A DNA stretch of 64,000 nt from Octopus vulgaris (GCA_951406725.2 OX597820.1:60946001-61010000), one strand, 5' to 3'; positions 13,198 to 28,490 are shown, counted from the stretch's first letter. Program-made: numbers and translations. Notes: a model not told the origin generated them from the letters alone.

Positions 13198-13888
13198 GCA
13201 CCCGTGATTAAATAATTGATATGAATAGGCCAAAATCGGCCTTGGCCCTTAAGGTATGCATATGTGCGCACGTACGTGTATACACACACACGCGCACACA
13301 CACACACATATATGTGTGTGTGTATATATATATATATTCGTGTATGGATGCGTGTGTATATATATACACATATATATTTATATAGATACAATTATAAATA
13401 TATATATGTATATGGATATATATACGCACACACAACTCACACACACGCACACCCGTACACACACATATTTATACATATGAATATGTATGTATATATACAT
13501 ACATATGCATATATATATATATATATATTTGTATACATATATATTATATGTATGTATGTATGTATGTATGTAAGTATGTATGTATGCCTTTAATCTTTTA
13601 CCGTTTTCTTCGTCCACTCATTGGAATTCAGCCATACTGGATACTGGAGCATTACCTTGAAAGATGGTTTTAGTCAAATGAAGCCATTTATTTATTTTAT
13701 TGATCACTTTGTTTCTACAATTAATTGAACTGTGGGTACAATACGATATCACGTTCAATGATATCGACCTCACCTCCTTTTGTCTGGATGATGATTGTTT
13801 TAATTATTTTGTCACAAAATTATGGGATACATGCAATATCGCTAATTTCGAGATTAGTATAAATATAAATATAGACACAGACAGAAAC

Positions 13889-13991
<103 letters not shown>

Positions 13992-14104
13992 CGTGATCAC
14001 CGTGACCGACCAGGCTATCAGATGTTGCTACACATCGCTGGTCACAATGCGCTTCGCATTGTTTTAGCCTTCAGACGACACCACCCCGGTGGCTAAGCGA
14101 GCAG

Positions 14105-14162
<58 letters not shown>

Positions 14163-14173
14163 CATATATATAC

Positions 14174-14274
<101 letters not shown>

Positions 14275-14487
14275 GCGCAGGCGAGGCTGTGTAATGAGAA
14301 GCTTGCTTCTCAACGACATGGTTCCAGGTTCAGTCCCACTGACCAACTCCTAGAACAATTCTCACCCTTGGTTAATTAACCTCCTCTCCAATATATTAAG
14401 AAATTTTAAATCATCATCTGTTGTTCTCAGAGGTAATTGTCCTTGGGGGTGGTTATTGTCCATGGGTGGTGGTAAATGTATTTGACT

Positions 14488-14582
<95 letters not shown>

Positions 14583-14713
14583 ATGTTTTCGTTTGCCCTT
14601 ATTTATGAATTGTTTATAAATTTAACCTTTAAATGTATTTTTTAACATGCTGGCCATTGATAAAAATTTTTTTCGAAAAAAATTTTATCCTATATTAGAT
14701 ATATATATACATT

Positions 14714-14767
<54 letters not shown>

Positions 14768-14824
14768 ACCTACACCACCAAATGGTATATACAGGTGCTT
14801 ACAATTATCAAGTATTCACCCTGA

Positions 14825-14879
<55 letters not shown>

Positions 14880-15038
14880 CAACAATTGAGGGTAAAATTA
14901 ATTAATTATTAATCAATTTCACCAAGTGTTCAGTATGCAAAGGGACCATTTAAGGCGAATTCAAATTATTACATTATATTTCTAATGAGTTCAGTATGCG
15001 GCGAAGTAATTTATTTTACTAAGCCCTTTTATATAATG

Positions 15039-15082
<44 letters not shown>

Positions 15083-15166
15083 TCATTGGTTTATATAGCA
15101 TCGGGCCGACGAAAGTCTTGTGAGTGGATTTGGTAGACGGAAATTGAAAGAAGCCTGTCGTGCATT

Positions 15167-15220
<54 letters not shown>

Positions 15221-15483
15221 TGTCTATGTTTGTTCCACCCATTGCCGCTTGACACCTAGTGATGGGTTCCCCGTAAACTAGTGGTCCGACAAAAGACACC
15301 GCTAGAGTAAATACTAGGCTTAAAAAAAATAAGCCCTGCGTCGATTTGCTCGACTAGAACCCTTCAAGCCGGTGCTCCTGTATGGCCGCAATCAAATGAG
15401 TGAAATAAGTAAATGAATAAAATGAATAAAAATTATATCGATATTTATCTGTCTGTCTGTCTCCTCCTCTCTCTATCTATCTC

Positions 15484-15537
<54 letters not shown>

Positions 15538-15653
15538 TATATATAAATACATATAAATAAAATTTGTTAAAATATTCTGTTGCATAACTCCGTGCTGCAT
15601 GGGATTTTGTTATATATATATAACAATATATATATATATCGTGGCTCAGAGAT

Positions 15654-15687
<34 letters not shown>

Positions 15688-15700
15688 CACACACACAAAC

Positions 15701-15776
<76 letters not shown>

Positions 15777-16145
15777 TTATATATATTCTTATCAGGTCGT
15801 GCTATTAAGTAAAACATGGCCTGGACCAATCTTTGGTCGAAACATATCTCAGTTTATATGTATATACTTCGACAACTGCTTTTCGGTCACTGCGCTTTGC
15901 TGCAGCATGAGATCGTTTAGCTCTTATTTCTAGCAATGTGCGTATTCATAACACGCTTAGTCCTATTTAATGACGTTTATAATTTTCGTTTTTAGTACAC
16001 ATTACCTACTGCTGCTTAAATTAATCAATTTAGCCTCGGCGCTGAATCACATAAAAGCATAAAAGTATATGTGTGTGTGTGCGTGTGTATGTATGTATAT
16101 ATGTATATATGTATGTATGTATTTATGTATGCATATGTATGTATG

Positions 16146-16196
<51 letters not shown>

Positions 16197-16642
16197 GTGT
16201 GTGTGTGTGTGTGTGTATGTGCATGTATTTATAAATATATGAATATATGTCTATATATATATATATATATAAATATATATGTCTATATATATATATAATA
16301 TATATATATATAAACAATTTATAAATTTAACCTTTGAAGGTATTTTTTAATATGCTGGCCATTGCTAGAATTTTTTCGAAAAATTTTATCCTACATTATA
16401 TATATATTTATATGTGTGTGTGTATATGTGTGAGTATGAGTGTGTGTGCGCGTGTGTTAGTATGTGTGTGTGTGTGTGTGTGTACTTTTGAAGAAGTTAT
16501 AAGTAATGTCCGGTTACAGAGTGACCATTGGTTTCGCACCTATAAAGCACTTCGCATTATAGGTGACTAGTCAACTTCAAATGGGTTAAGGTGGATTCAC
16601 TGGCCATGCCTTTTTATGATCGGCCATGTATATATTTGTATG

Positions 16643-16871
16643 TACAGTGGTGTCCAAAAATTTGGGACATAGGTCTGAAAATTAGAATTATCATATTAAA
16701 ATCGCAAAGTTATGTATAATTTGCAATATATTATTACTTGGCTAATAGTTTGAAACATAAGTTTAAAAATTGGAATGTTTATATTAAATATTAAAATAAT
16801 ATTTGAATTGTACTTGGCCATAACTATTTTATTTAAAAAAAAACAGTTCCAAACTTTAGATCTGGACTGTA
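16643..16871. mobile_element. Tc1/mariner-type MITE relic
   Basis: TA-CAGTGGTGTCCAAAAATTTGGGAC at the left end and GTTCCAAACTTTAGATCTGGACTG-TA at the right end (imperfect TIRs). The right end is repeated at ~17092-17120. Confidence 0.45.
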
Positions 16872-16893
16872 TACAAATGTGTATATATATATG

Positions 16894-17087
<194 letters not shown>

Positions 17088-17125
17088 TATAAAAAAACAG
17101 TTCCAAACATCTGGGCTGTATACAA

Positions 17126-17172
<47 letters not shown>

Positions 17173-18813
17173 ATCCCCAGAGAGAGGAAAATTTTAATGA
17201 GACGGCGTACGAAATTTTCAAATCGCCTAAACAAACAGATTGAAAGCAGTGAAAAGTCCCGCCTAAAAATAAAACTGTTGGAAATCGAAAAATGTCTGCA
17301 ACTCTCCCATGAAAAAGAAAGAGCAGACAAAGAAGCCTGGGCTATAGAAAACATAAAATCTAACCCCAGAGCTTTCTACAGGTATGCCAAAGAAACAGCT
17401 ACAGTGCACTGTAGAATGAGGGCCACTCCTTGAAAAGGATGGCACACTTACAGGAAAACCAATGAGGGTAAGTGAAATACTGAATGAGCAATTCAAGAGT
17501 GTTTTCACTCCACCCCTTGGGCATCTCCAAATCACCAATCCAACTGACTTTTTTACCACTGCAGATATAAAATCAGAGGCGGCGACGATAGATTACATCG
17601 ATATAAAGGAAGACGATGTAACCAAGGCTATAGATGAAATGAAAACAGACTCAGCTACTGGCCCCGATGGATTCCCGGCAATCCTCCTAAAAGCATGTAA
17701 GAGAGTCCTAGCAAGACCACTGCAGTTCCTCTTTCAGAGCTTCCTTGCAGCTGGCAAACTTCCAGGAAAACTGAAGGAAGGTAAAATATGCCCCATTCAT
17801 AAAGGAGGTAGCAGAGCGGAAGCCAAGAACTATAGACCTATCTCGAACCCTGAGGACACTAAACACCTGCAATGTGAGCTGGACGAAATATACAAGTGGG
17901 CTGAAAAGAATAGCATGCAGTTCAATGCTGGAAAGTTTCAAGCTTTATACTATCAGCATGCAAAACTGAATTCAATACCCAATGAATACACTGGACCCGG
18001 AGGGATTGCAATCCCAGAGGCACAATCAGTGCGTGACCTGGGTATTCACATGAGTGATGACGCGACCTTTCATGTACATGTTGCTAAACTGACAATGAAA
18101 TGTAGACGGCTGGCTGGATGGATTCTTAGAACCTTTAGAACAAGAGAACAAGAAACCATGATGGTCCTCTGGAAGACACTTGTCCTAAGCCACTTTGACT
18201 ATTGCTCTCAGCTATGGTCACCATCCAGTGTCAAGTTGATCACAGAACTTGAGGCGATCCAACGAAGCTACACAAAGAAGATAGCCTCTATGCAGAATGT
18301 AAGCTACTGGGAAAGACTCAAGAGATTAAAATTATATTCCCTGGAGCGTAGGCGGGAAAGATATGCCATAATATACATCTGGAAGATCCTGGAGGGAAGT
18401 GTCCTGAACTTTGGCATCGAGAGTTACGCAAATGCCAGAACTGGGCGCCACTGCGTGGTGCCTAGGACTCCAAACCTGCCATCAAGATGTAGGACAAGAT
18501 TCTGTGATAGCCTGGGCTTCCGAGGCCCACAGCTCTTCAATATCCTCCCGAAGAACCTGAGAGACCTGCATGGGGTGGATACAGATGTCTTTAAAATGAA
18601 GCTGGATCTCTTCCTGTCAGGTGTCCCAGATGAACCAACTTCACGGCAGGAGGTGCAGATGAGGGCAGCTGCATCGAACTCTCTCATGCACCAAATAGCA
18701 GTTGCTAGAAAGCCTCCATGAAGTGAAACCAAGTAGCAACACCAAATGGCGGTGCCCCAGCATGGCCACAGCTCATAAGCTGAAACTAGAATCAATCAAT
18801 CAATCAATCAATC
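17173..18813 (+). mobile_element. CR1-group LINE, 5'-truncated, with in-frame deletion of the RT core
   Basis: Highly similar to 24541-26637. ORF 17462-18721 contains GPDGFP, KNYRPIS|NPEDTK (deletion junction 17844/17845) and YSLERRRER. It has an (AATC)n tail and is embedded in (TA)n. Confidence 0.9.
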
Positions 18814-18821
18814 ATATATGA

Positions 18822-18852
<31 letters not shown>

Positions 18853-19088
18853 CATACACACACGCATGCACACATACACACACACACGCGTACACACGCA
18901 CATATTTTTTACCTTTTACTTGCTTCTGTCATTTGACTGCGGCCATACCGGAGTACCGCCTGAAAGGTTTTAGTCGAATGAATCGGACACAAGACTTTCT
19001 TTTAAGCCTCTTTACTTATTCTATCGGTGTCTTGTGCTGAACTTCTTAGGTATGGAAATGTAAATACAAACACAAAAACACACATACA

Positions 19089-19136
<48 letters not shown>

Positions 19137-19411
19137 ACGGTCTTCTTTCATTTTCCATCTATTGACAAGGCTTTTGTCGGCTCGAAAGTGGGACTGAACC
19201 TGAACTCATGTGTGTATGTGTGTGTGTTCTCGTCTCGCCAACATCGCTTGACAACCGATGCTGGTGTATTTTCGTTCCCGTAACCTAGCAATTCAACAAA
19301 ACAGACGGGTAGAATAAGTACTCGGCTTACAAAGTTCCGGGGACGATTTGTTCGACTAAATTCAGTACTCTAGCATGGCCGCAATCAAATTACTGAAATA
19401 AATTAAAGAAT

Positions 19412-19556
<145 letters not shown>

Positions 19557-19567
19557 GTCTATCTACC

Positions 19568-19632
<65 letters not shown>

Positions 19633-20124
19633 AAGAGAGAAAGAGAGAGTAGAGAGATATGACAAACATAAGTTTTCCTTCCATAAATAGGGAGTTTTTT
19701 TTTGTTGTTTTTTGACAAATAGATGTCTTTGAAATTATAGAATTTTAACCAAATTTTAATGTTGTGCGATTCTAATGGTAAAAGTTAAAATCCCAAGCGT
19801 ACAGGTCAATAACCCATCGAATGAAGATACTTATGATCCAAAGTCAACATGTAATAGATATATTATCACTAAAGGCATTTCCTATCGCATACTTTTGTCA
19901 TTTGTCAGATGTGGACCCGCACTCTCAGGGAAAGTTATCTGGAGTTCAGACATTTTCTATGCTGGATCAGGTCGTTAGGTCTTATGTGAAATCTCTTAAC
20001 TTTCCTATCTCACTTTTCTGTGAAAAACTTATACATATTTAGATATTTGATTATGAGAGCTTGCGTGTATGTGCACCTATACAAACATATATACACATAT
20101 ATATACATAAATACATACATACAT

Positions 20125-20157
<33 letters not shown>

Positions 20158-20242
20158 CTCACACATACATACACATAAACATGTGTGTATACACTGACTC
20201 TCAGTACATGTGTTCCTATGTCTGCTTATATATGTGTTTGAA

Positions 20243-20560
20243 GGCGCATGGCTTAGTGGTTACGGCATTCGGCTCACAATTATAAAGGCGTCAGTTCAAT
20301 TCCCACCGACGTGTTGTGTCCTTGAGCAAGACACTTCATTTCACGTTGCTCCAGTCTCAGCTGGCAAAAATGAGTTGTACCTGTATCTTAAAGGCCGGCC
20401 TTGTCACACTCTGTGTCACGCTGAATCTCCCTGAGAACTACGTGAAGAGTGCTCGTGTCTGTAGAGTGCTCAGCCACTTGCACGTTAATTTCACGAGCAA
20501 GCTGTTCAGTTGATCGTATCAGCTGGGACCCTCGTCGTCGTAACCGACGGAGTGCTCCTA
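20243..20560 (+). mobile_element. Third tRNA-derived SINE family
   Basis: Head GGCGCATGGCTTAGTGGTTA...GTTCAATTCCC followed by the TGTGTCCTTGAGCAAGACACTT central-domain-like motif. Confidence 0.6.
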
Positions 20561-21177
20561 TGAATATATGATTATTTTCAGCATACCCTGACCGTTTAAT
20601 TCAGACCCTTTTTCTCTCCTTTTCTCTCCGCATTTATCCTTTCTCTAGAAGAGCGTAGGTACGAAACGTTAAATACTTCTTTCGTTTTTCCTGAGCGTTA
20701 AACAAATATATTCTGCTTGCTGTTCTCTCACTTCGTTTTTGTACTGTTTTGATTTTTCATTCTTTTTGATTTTTGGACCATGTATATAAACACACACACA
20801 CACATACACGTATATCTGCATATGCATGCACGCACATGCATCATACACACACACATACACGCAGATACATATATGTATATAATAACTATTGGGGTTGAAG
20901 TGATCGCCTAAGCTAAACATGGGCAATATTTTTTGAGAAACGGGTTGCATTACAGATGGCTCACCATCAGGCGAGTCGTAATTTTCATAGACAGCGTCGC
21001 AGCTGGGCTATAGTCCAGTGATAGAATAATAACCAAGCTCAAAAAAATTAAATACTGGAGTTGATTGAAATTTCTAAAAGCGAGCCCTAGCATAGCGGTA
21101 GACTAATGAAAGAAACAAAATAAAATATGTATATGTGTGTGTGTGTGTATATATATATATGTATGTGTATATATGTG

Positions 21178-21208
<31 letters not shown>

Positions 21209-21223
21209 ATATATGTATGTGTG

Positions 21224-21254
<31 letters not shown>

Positions 21255-21416
21255 ATATATGTATGTGTGTATATATATATATATATATCATTTGAGCTAT
21301 CTTAGTCTCTTTCTATTCTAGTGTTTCGCCTGTATGCTTACAGGATCATCAAGCGTGTTTTGTTATAACTCGCCTGATTACCCTGTAAGCTCACAGGCGA
21401 AAGTCGAGAGTACCAA

Positions 21417-21456
<40 letters not shown>

Positions 21457-21544
21457 ACAGAGAGAGAGAGAGATGGATAAACAGCTAGATAAATGTATGT
21501 ATATATACATATATGTATTATACGCACACACACACACAATCACA

Positions 21545-22745
21545 CATGAGGGGTGTTCATTAATGATGTTTCCTGACCCACTTCTCGTTATTGCAGGAAA
21601 TGGAACTTGTATTGGTATAATCATACAAGTCTCTACAGGTCACATTGTAAATTGCAGCTTTCCACCAGTAATCGTTTGGCTTTTACGGCTGCTGAAGTGG
21701 ACTAAGGCGTGATAATGGAGGGAGTTGAAAGCAGATCAGTGATCAGGTTCTTTTACTTGAAAGGTCGTGCACCAAAATAGACTTTCGATGAGATGAAAGA
21801 GGTGTATTGTAACGATTCACTATCATACGACGTAGTCAAGCACTGGTATCGCCAGTTCAAATGTAGTCGTACGTTGGTGGAAACTGCTCCTATATCTGAA
21901 GGACCACATTCCGCCATTGACGACGACACGATCTGTGAATGCTGGCGAATCACCGCATAACTATTAGGCAACTATCCCAAGAAGTGAAGATAAGTGTAGG
22001 GTCCGTGCAGAAAAAAACATTCACGGCCATTTGCACATGCGGAAGTTGTCTGTACAATGGATTCCCCGGATGCTCACATTTTTAGGATCAGGAACGAGTC
22101 AATTGCTCCCAGGATCTTTTGACAATGTGCCAAGACAACTAGGAAGGCTTTCTCGGCAGACTTATCATAGGATGAAACATGGGTGCATCACTATGATCCT
22201 GCGATTAAAATCCAGTCAATGCAATAGAAGCATGATAACTCCCCACCTCAAAAGAAGCTCGTGTCGAACCCTCAGCAGGCATGGTGATGCTTACAGTCTT
22301 TTGGAGCCAGCGTGGAGTAGTGATGATGGATTTTCTGGTCAAGGCACCACAATTAGCGGGGCATATTATGCTTCTCTAGTTAAGAAATTGCGGGACATCA
22401 TCAAAGCAAAGAGGCGTAGCATGCTGACCAAAGGAGTCCACCTCCTCCAAGACAACGCCCCGTTTCCCAATATGCATATTGCCCAGATGTAAACACACTT
22501 CTGCGGCTATGAAATCCTTCCTCATCCCCCTTAGACTCCCGACCTTGCACCATCTGACTTCCACCTCTTTAACCATATAGGCTTTCTTGAAATGGAGGCA
22601 CTTTTCGGATCATGATAAAGTTATTTTCGAGGGAAAGTCTTGGCTCGAAACGCAATCTACCGACTTCTACAGACGAAATCTTCACAAATGCATGAAGCGA
22701 TGGGGGAAATGTGTCACCATTGGTGGTGGCTATATATATAGGACT
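21545..22745 (+). pseudogene. Decayed mariner transposase element
   Basis: Frameshifted peptides MRKLSVQWIPRMLT, DETWVHHYDP, VHLLQDNAP and PDLAPSDFHLF (mariner WVPR and DD34D-region motifs). Confidence 0.85.
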
Positions 22746-22778
22746 TAATGATTATGTGAAGTCTCCATAATATATACA

Positions 22779-22819
<41 letters not shown>

Positions 22820-22821
<2 letters not shown>

Positions 22822-23225
22822 TCTTTTACTCTTTTACTTGTTTCACTCATTTGACTGTGGCCATGCTGGAGCACTGCCTTTAGACGAACAAATCGACCCC
22901 AGGACTTATTCTTTGTAAGCTTAGTACTTATACTATCGGTCTCTTTCGCTGAACCGCCAAGTTACGGGGACGTAACACACCAGCATCGGTGGTCAAGTGA
23001 TGTTGGGGGGACAAATACAGACACACAAACATATACACACACAAACATATACATATATGCGACGAGCTTCTTTCAGTTTCCGTCTACCAAATCCACTCAC
23101 AAGGCTTTGGTCGGCCCGAGGCTACAGTAGAAGACAGTTGCCTAAGGTGCCACGCAGTGAGACTGAACCCGGAACCATGTGGTTGGTAAGCAAGCTACTT
23201 ACCACACAGCGACTCCTACGCCCGG
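22820..23225 (-). mobile_element. Full-length SINE family A
   Basis: Reverse complement of 26696-27100, with head, core and GTAAAAGA tail. Confidence 0.85.
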
Positions 23226-23613
23226 ATGCAGTAAAAGGGGTGCGTCAGCATGGCCTTAACGTATGGCTTAAACCCATAAAAGATCAAAGATAAAGGTATA
23301 TATATGTATGTCTAGACGTTTTTTGAAGACTTCCATGTCTACACCTTACAGATCCCTGATGTTCTATGGTAGAGCATTAAAAAGTTGTAATCTTGGGTTC
23401 ATATTTACGATGAAGATGGGATGTTTGGTACTGTGCAGTGCCGCTCATTTCGGGGATTGTTGTATGTTTCGATTCCGAATTTTGGAGCTAGACCCTCCAT
23501 TATTTTCCATACGTATATATATAGGGAGAGTTTACGAAGAAAACAAACGACAAAGACAGGTGGTGTACAAAACAAACAGATGTATTAGTATAACGCTCAG
23601 GAATAGAAAAAGT

Positions 23614-23650
23614 CTTTTACGTTTCAAGCCAACGCTCTTCTACAGAAAGG
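23614..23650 (-). ncRNA. Hammerhead-like motif with variant CUGUAGA core
   Basis: Minus strand reads CCTTT-CTGTAGA-A-GAGC-GTTG-GCTT-GAAA-CG-TA-AAAG. Relatives lie at 20638, 42881 and 44707. Confidence 0.45.
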
Positions 23651-23892
23651 GACACAGAAAAAAACAAGGAGAGAAAAAAATGTGCGTAGTGGCTAACGAT
23701 CTACATATATACATATATAAATTCAGGGTGAATACTTGATAAGCGTAAGCACCTGTATATGCCAGCTAGTAGCAGAAATGAGCGGGCATATGCATCAAAT
23801 GAAATTTGTGTGTGTGTATGCATATACATCTATACATATATACATATATAAATGTATATTTATATATATATATGCATATATAGATACAGATA

Positions 23893-23940
<48 letters not shown>

Positions 23941-23943
<3 letters not shown>

Positions 23944-26668
23944 ACAAGTTTGAAGAGGGAAAGTCTTATTGTAGGCAATTTTGAAGACTGCCTTATAAAA
24001 ATAGAAGAAGTTCTAGTCACATTAGAACAACACATAAGTGTACTTCTTATGGGAGACTTCAATCTACCCAATGTCAGATGGCCCGAGGGCCTTTCTCTCC
24101 CAGGAATGACACGATGTGAACGAGGACAGGCGAGGTCCCTCCTGAACCTCATCAACACCCTGTACATGGAGCAAGTAATGCTCCAACCAACCAGGGCAGG
24201 TAACATACTGGATCTCTGCTTCACAAATAATATGGATCTCATCCATAATGTGAAAGTGACACCGACACTACTCTCGGATCACAACATGGTAGAGCTGACC
24301 ATGTACGGGCCAAAAGAAAGCATGGACATGCAGCCTACAAGAAACTCTCAGAATCTTTCCAGCTTGAACTTCCATAAGGCAAACTGGAAACAAATTGAGA
24401 AAGAGATCCTCAAACAAAACTGGCCTGAATGTCTCTCCTCGCCAGACATCAACATGAAGCTTCAACAATTCATGTCTGTAATACAAGCCATATGCTACAA
24501 ATGTGTCCCAGAGAGAAAGGCCACTGTACACAAGAACAAAATCCCCAGAGAGAGGAAAATTCTAATGAGACGGCGTACAAAAGTTTCAAATCACCTAAAC
24601 AAACAAATTGAAAGCAGTGAAAAGTCCCGCCTGAAAATAAAACTGTTGGATATTGAAAAATGTCTGCAACTCTCCCATGAAAAGGAAAGAGCAGGCAAAG
24701 AAGCCTGGGCTATAGACAACATAAAATCTAACCCCAGAGCTTTCTACAGGTATGCCAAAGAAACAGCTACGGTGCACTGTAGGATAGGGCCACTCCTTGA
24801 AAAGGATGACACACTCACAGGAAATCCAATGAGGGTAAGTGAAATACTGAATGAGCAATTCAAGAGTGTTTTCACTCCACCCCTTGGGCATTTCCAAAAC
24901 AGCAATCCAACTGACTTCTTTACCACTGCAGATATAAAATCAGAGGCAGCGATGATTGATTACATCAATATAAAGGAAGACGATGTAATAAAGGCTATAG
25001 ATGAAATGAAAACAAACTCAGCTACTGGCCCCGATGGATTCCCAGCAATCCTTTTACAAGTATGTAAGAGAGTCCTAGCAAGACCACTGCAGTTCCTCTT
25101 TCAGAGCTTCCTTGCAGCTTGCAAACTTCCAAGAAAACTGAAGGAAGGTAAAATATGCCCTATTCATAAAGGAGGTAGCAGAGCGGAGGCCAAGAACTAC
25201 AGACCTATCTCTCTGACCTCACACATCAGCAAGGTCATGGAACGAATAGTCAGAAGGAAACTAATCACCTTCCTTGAAGAAAATGATTTGCTGCCTGACA
25301 CCCAACATGGTTTCCGACCAGGAAGAAGCTGCTTAACTCAGCTCCTACAACACTATGACTGGGTGCTGAAACGACTGCTCAACCACTCAAATGTGGAAGT
25401 GATATATCTCGACTTTGCAAAAGCCTTTGATAAGTCGATCATGGAATGATATGTCACAAACTGCGTGATCTTGGCATAGTTGGAAAATTGGGAGAATGGC
25501 TTCCTGACTTTCTGAAGGATAGAAGTCAGGTGGTAGTAGCCAATGGGGCCACTTCCATTAACACGCAAATAGTAAGCGGTATTCCGCAGGGCACTGTTTT
25601 GGGACCACTACTGTTCATAATAGCCCTCTCAGACATGCCCTCAGCCATGCAGAGAGCCACGATCACAAGTTATGCAGATGATACAAAAGTTTCACAGGCA
25701 ATACAGAACCCTAAAGACACTAAGCACCTGCAATGTGAACTGGAGAAAATATACAAGTGGGCTGAAAAGAATAGCATGCAGTTCAATGCTGAAAAGTTTC
25801 AAGCTTTATGCTATCAACATGCAAAACTAAATGCAATACCCAATGAATACACTGGACCTGGAGGGATTGCAATCCCAGAGGCACAATCAGTGCGTGACCT
25901 GGGTATTTACATGAGTGATGACGCAACCTTTCGTGTACATGTTGCTAAATTGGCAATGAAATGTAGGCGGCTGGTCGGATGGATTCTTAGAACCTTTAGA
26001 GCAAGAGACCAAGAAACCATGATGGTCCTCTGGAGGACACTTGTCCTAAGCCACTTTGACTATTGCTCTCAGCTATGGTCACCATCCAGTGTCAAGTTGA
26101 TCACAGAACTTGAGGCGATCCAACGAAAGCTACACGAAGAAGATAGCCTCTGTGCAGCATATAAGCTACTGGGAAAGACTCAAGAGATTAAGACTCTATT
26201 CCTTAGAGCGTAGGCGAGAAAGATATGCCATAATATTCATCTGGAAGATCCTAGAAGGATTTGTCCCAAACTTTGGCATCGAGAGTTACACAAATGCCAG
26301 AACTGGGCGCCACTGCGTGGTGCCAAGGACTCCAAATTTGCCATCAAGATACTGTGTAAGCCTGGGATTCAGAGGCCCACAGCTCTTCAATATCCTCCCG
26401 AAAAACCTGAGGGACCTGCATGGGGTGGATGCAGATGTCTTTAAAGTACTGGATCTCTTCCTGTCAGGTACCCCAGATGAACCAACTTCACGGCAGGAGG
26501 TGCAGATGAGGGCAGCTGCATCGAACTCACTCATGCACTAAATGTCAGTTGCTAAAAAACATTCGTGAAGTAAAATCATGTAGCAACACCAAATGGCGGT
26601 GCCCCAGCATGGCCACAGCTCGTGAGCTGAAACTAGATAAAATAAAATAAAATAAAATAAAATAAAAT
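23941..26668 (+). mobile_element. CR1-group LINE (partial APE endonuclease + RT), frameshifted
   Basis: GDFNLP, TRAGNILDL, SDH, NYRPISLTS, QHGFRPGRSC, YLDFAKAFD, GIPQGTVLGP and YADD motifs. Frameshifts near 25435 and 26128. (TAAAA)n tail, inserted in (TA)n. Confidence 0.93.
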
Positions 26669-26695
26669 ATATATATACATATATATATATATATA

Positions 26696-27100
26696 GGCGC
26701 AGGAGTGGTTGTGTGGTAAGTAGCTTGTTTACCAACTACATGGTTCCGGGTTCAGTCCCACTGCGTGGTACCTTGGGCAAGTGTCTTCTACTATAGCCTC
26801 GGGCTGACCAAAGCCTTGTGAGTGGATTTGGTAGACAGAAACTGAAAGAAGCCCGTCGTATATATGTATATATATATATATGCGTGTGTGTGTGTGTTTG
26901 TGTATCTGTGTTTGTCCCCCTAGCATTGCTTGACAACCGATGGTGGTGTGTTTATGTCCCCGTTACTTAGCAATTCGGCAAAAGAGACCGATAGAATAAG
27001 TACTAGGCTTACAAAAGAATAAGTCCCGGGGTCGAGTTGCTCGATTAAAGGCGGTGCTCCAACATGGCCGCAGTCAAATGACTGAAACAAGTAAAAGAGT
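26696..27100 (+). mobile_element. Full-length SINE family A
   Basis: tRNA-like head GGCGCAGGAGTGG...GGTTCAGTCCCA, internal (TA/TG)n, and 3' tail GGCGGTGCTCCAACATGGCCGCAGTC...GAAACAAGTAAAAGAG. Confidence 0.85.
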
Positions 27101-27241
27101 ATATATATATATATATATATATATAAATTCAGGATGAATACTTGATAAATGTAAGCACCTGTATATACCAGCTAGTAGCAGAGGTGTGAGGATAAATGTA
27201 TCAAATGAAATAAAATGAAAAACAGGACACAAAGGATGTCG

Positions 27242-27316
27242 CGGTACACATGTTTCGAGCTTTATAAAGCAACTTATTCTTACATCAATGCATAATCGAC
27301 AAGCCCTCTTCAGCCG
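27242..27316 (-). ncRNA. Type-I hammerhead ribozyme motif in a Penelope-like terminal repeat (27122-27470)
   Basis: Minus strand reads CGG-CTGAAGA-GGGCTT-(loop)-AAGCTC-GAAA-CATGTG-TA-CCG. The terminus sequence is also present at ~23716-23805 and ~14780-14830. Confidence 0.7.
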
Positions 27317-27476
27317 TATGCAATTGATACACCAAAGACTTGTATCACATCATGAAAGGTTTGAGAAAGAACATTTGGTATTATTTATGATGGCAAGTAA
27401 ACTGAGTATCACTGGGAAAGTATGTTTGTAAATCTTCATAATCAAATAGGCGTTTGATACATATATATTTCATTTG

Positions 27477-27527
<51 letters not shown>

Positions 27528-27557
27528 AGTGTGTATGTATATATATATGTGTGTGTG

Positions 27558-27640
<83 letters not shown>

Positions 27641-27694
27641 ATATATGCATATACATATATATATATATATGCACTATGCACATATATATTTATG

Positions 27695-27725
<31 letters not shown>

Positions 27726-27816
27726 CTGCCAATATATTTTATATATATGCACTCACACACACACAGAGGCATGTCTGTATACATAGGAATGCTTAAGGTT
27801 TTATATATGTATATAG

Positions 27817-27914
<98 letters not shown>

Positions 27915-28326
27915 ATAAAATTTAGTAAATAGATAGATATAATTTAATAAACACAGTATATGTTTTTATGCGCTACTATTAGTTTCACTTGAAGAAAGCA
28001 TATCAGACAGTATTTTTTAATACCTCAGGTGCCTTATCGCAACCTTCAGACATAGCACAAACGACAAAACAAGCTAAAAATATGGAGGTAGTACCAGAGA
28101 AAAATAAAAACGAGAAAAAGCGATATATATATATACGACGGGCTTCTTTCAGTTTCCGTCTACGAAATGCACTCTCAAGGCTTTGGTCAGCTCGAGGCTA
28201 TATTACAAGTCACTTGCCGAAGATACAACGTAGTGGAAGCGAATCCGGACCATGTGGTAGGGAAGCAAGCTTCTTGGCATGCAGCTACGCCGGAACACAC
28301 ACACACACACATACACACACACACAC

Positions 28327-28366
<40 letters not shown>

Positions 28367-28442
28367 TTAATAATATATATATATAACAACAAAAGTCAAA
28401 GACAGATACATACATACATACATACATGCATACATACATACT

Positions 28443-28490
<48 letters not shown>

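Noticed and set aside
26696-26775. tRNA gene-like sequences at SINE heads (also 7825, 20243, 59312)
   Set aside because: A/B-box-like heads continue into multi-copy SINE bodies and lack a complete cloverleaf; they are not called as tRNA genes.
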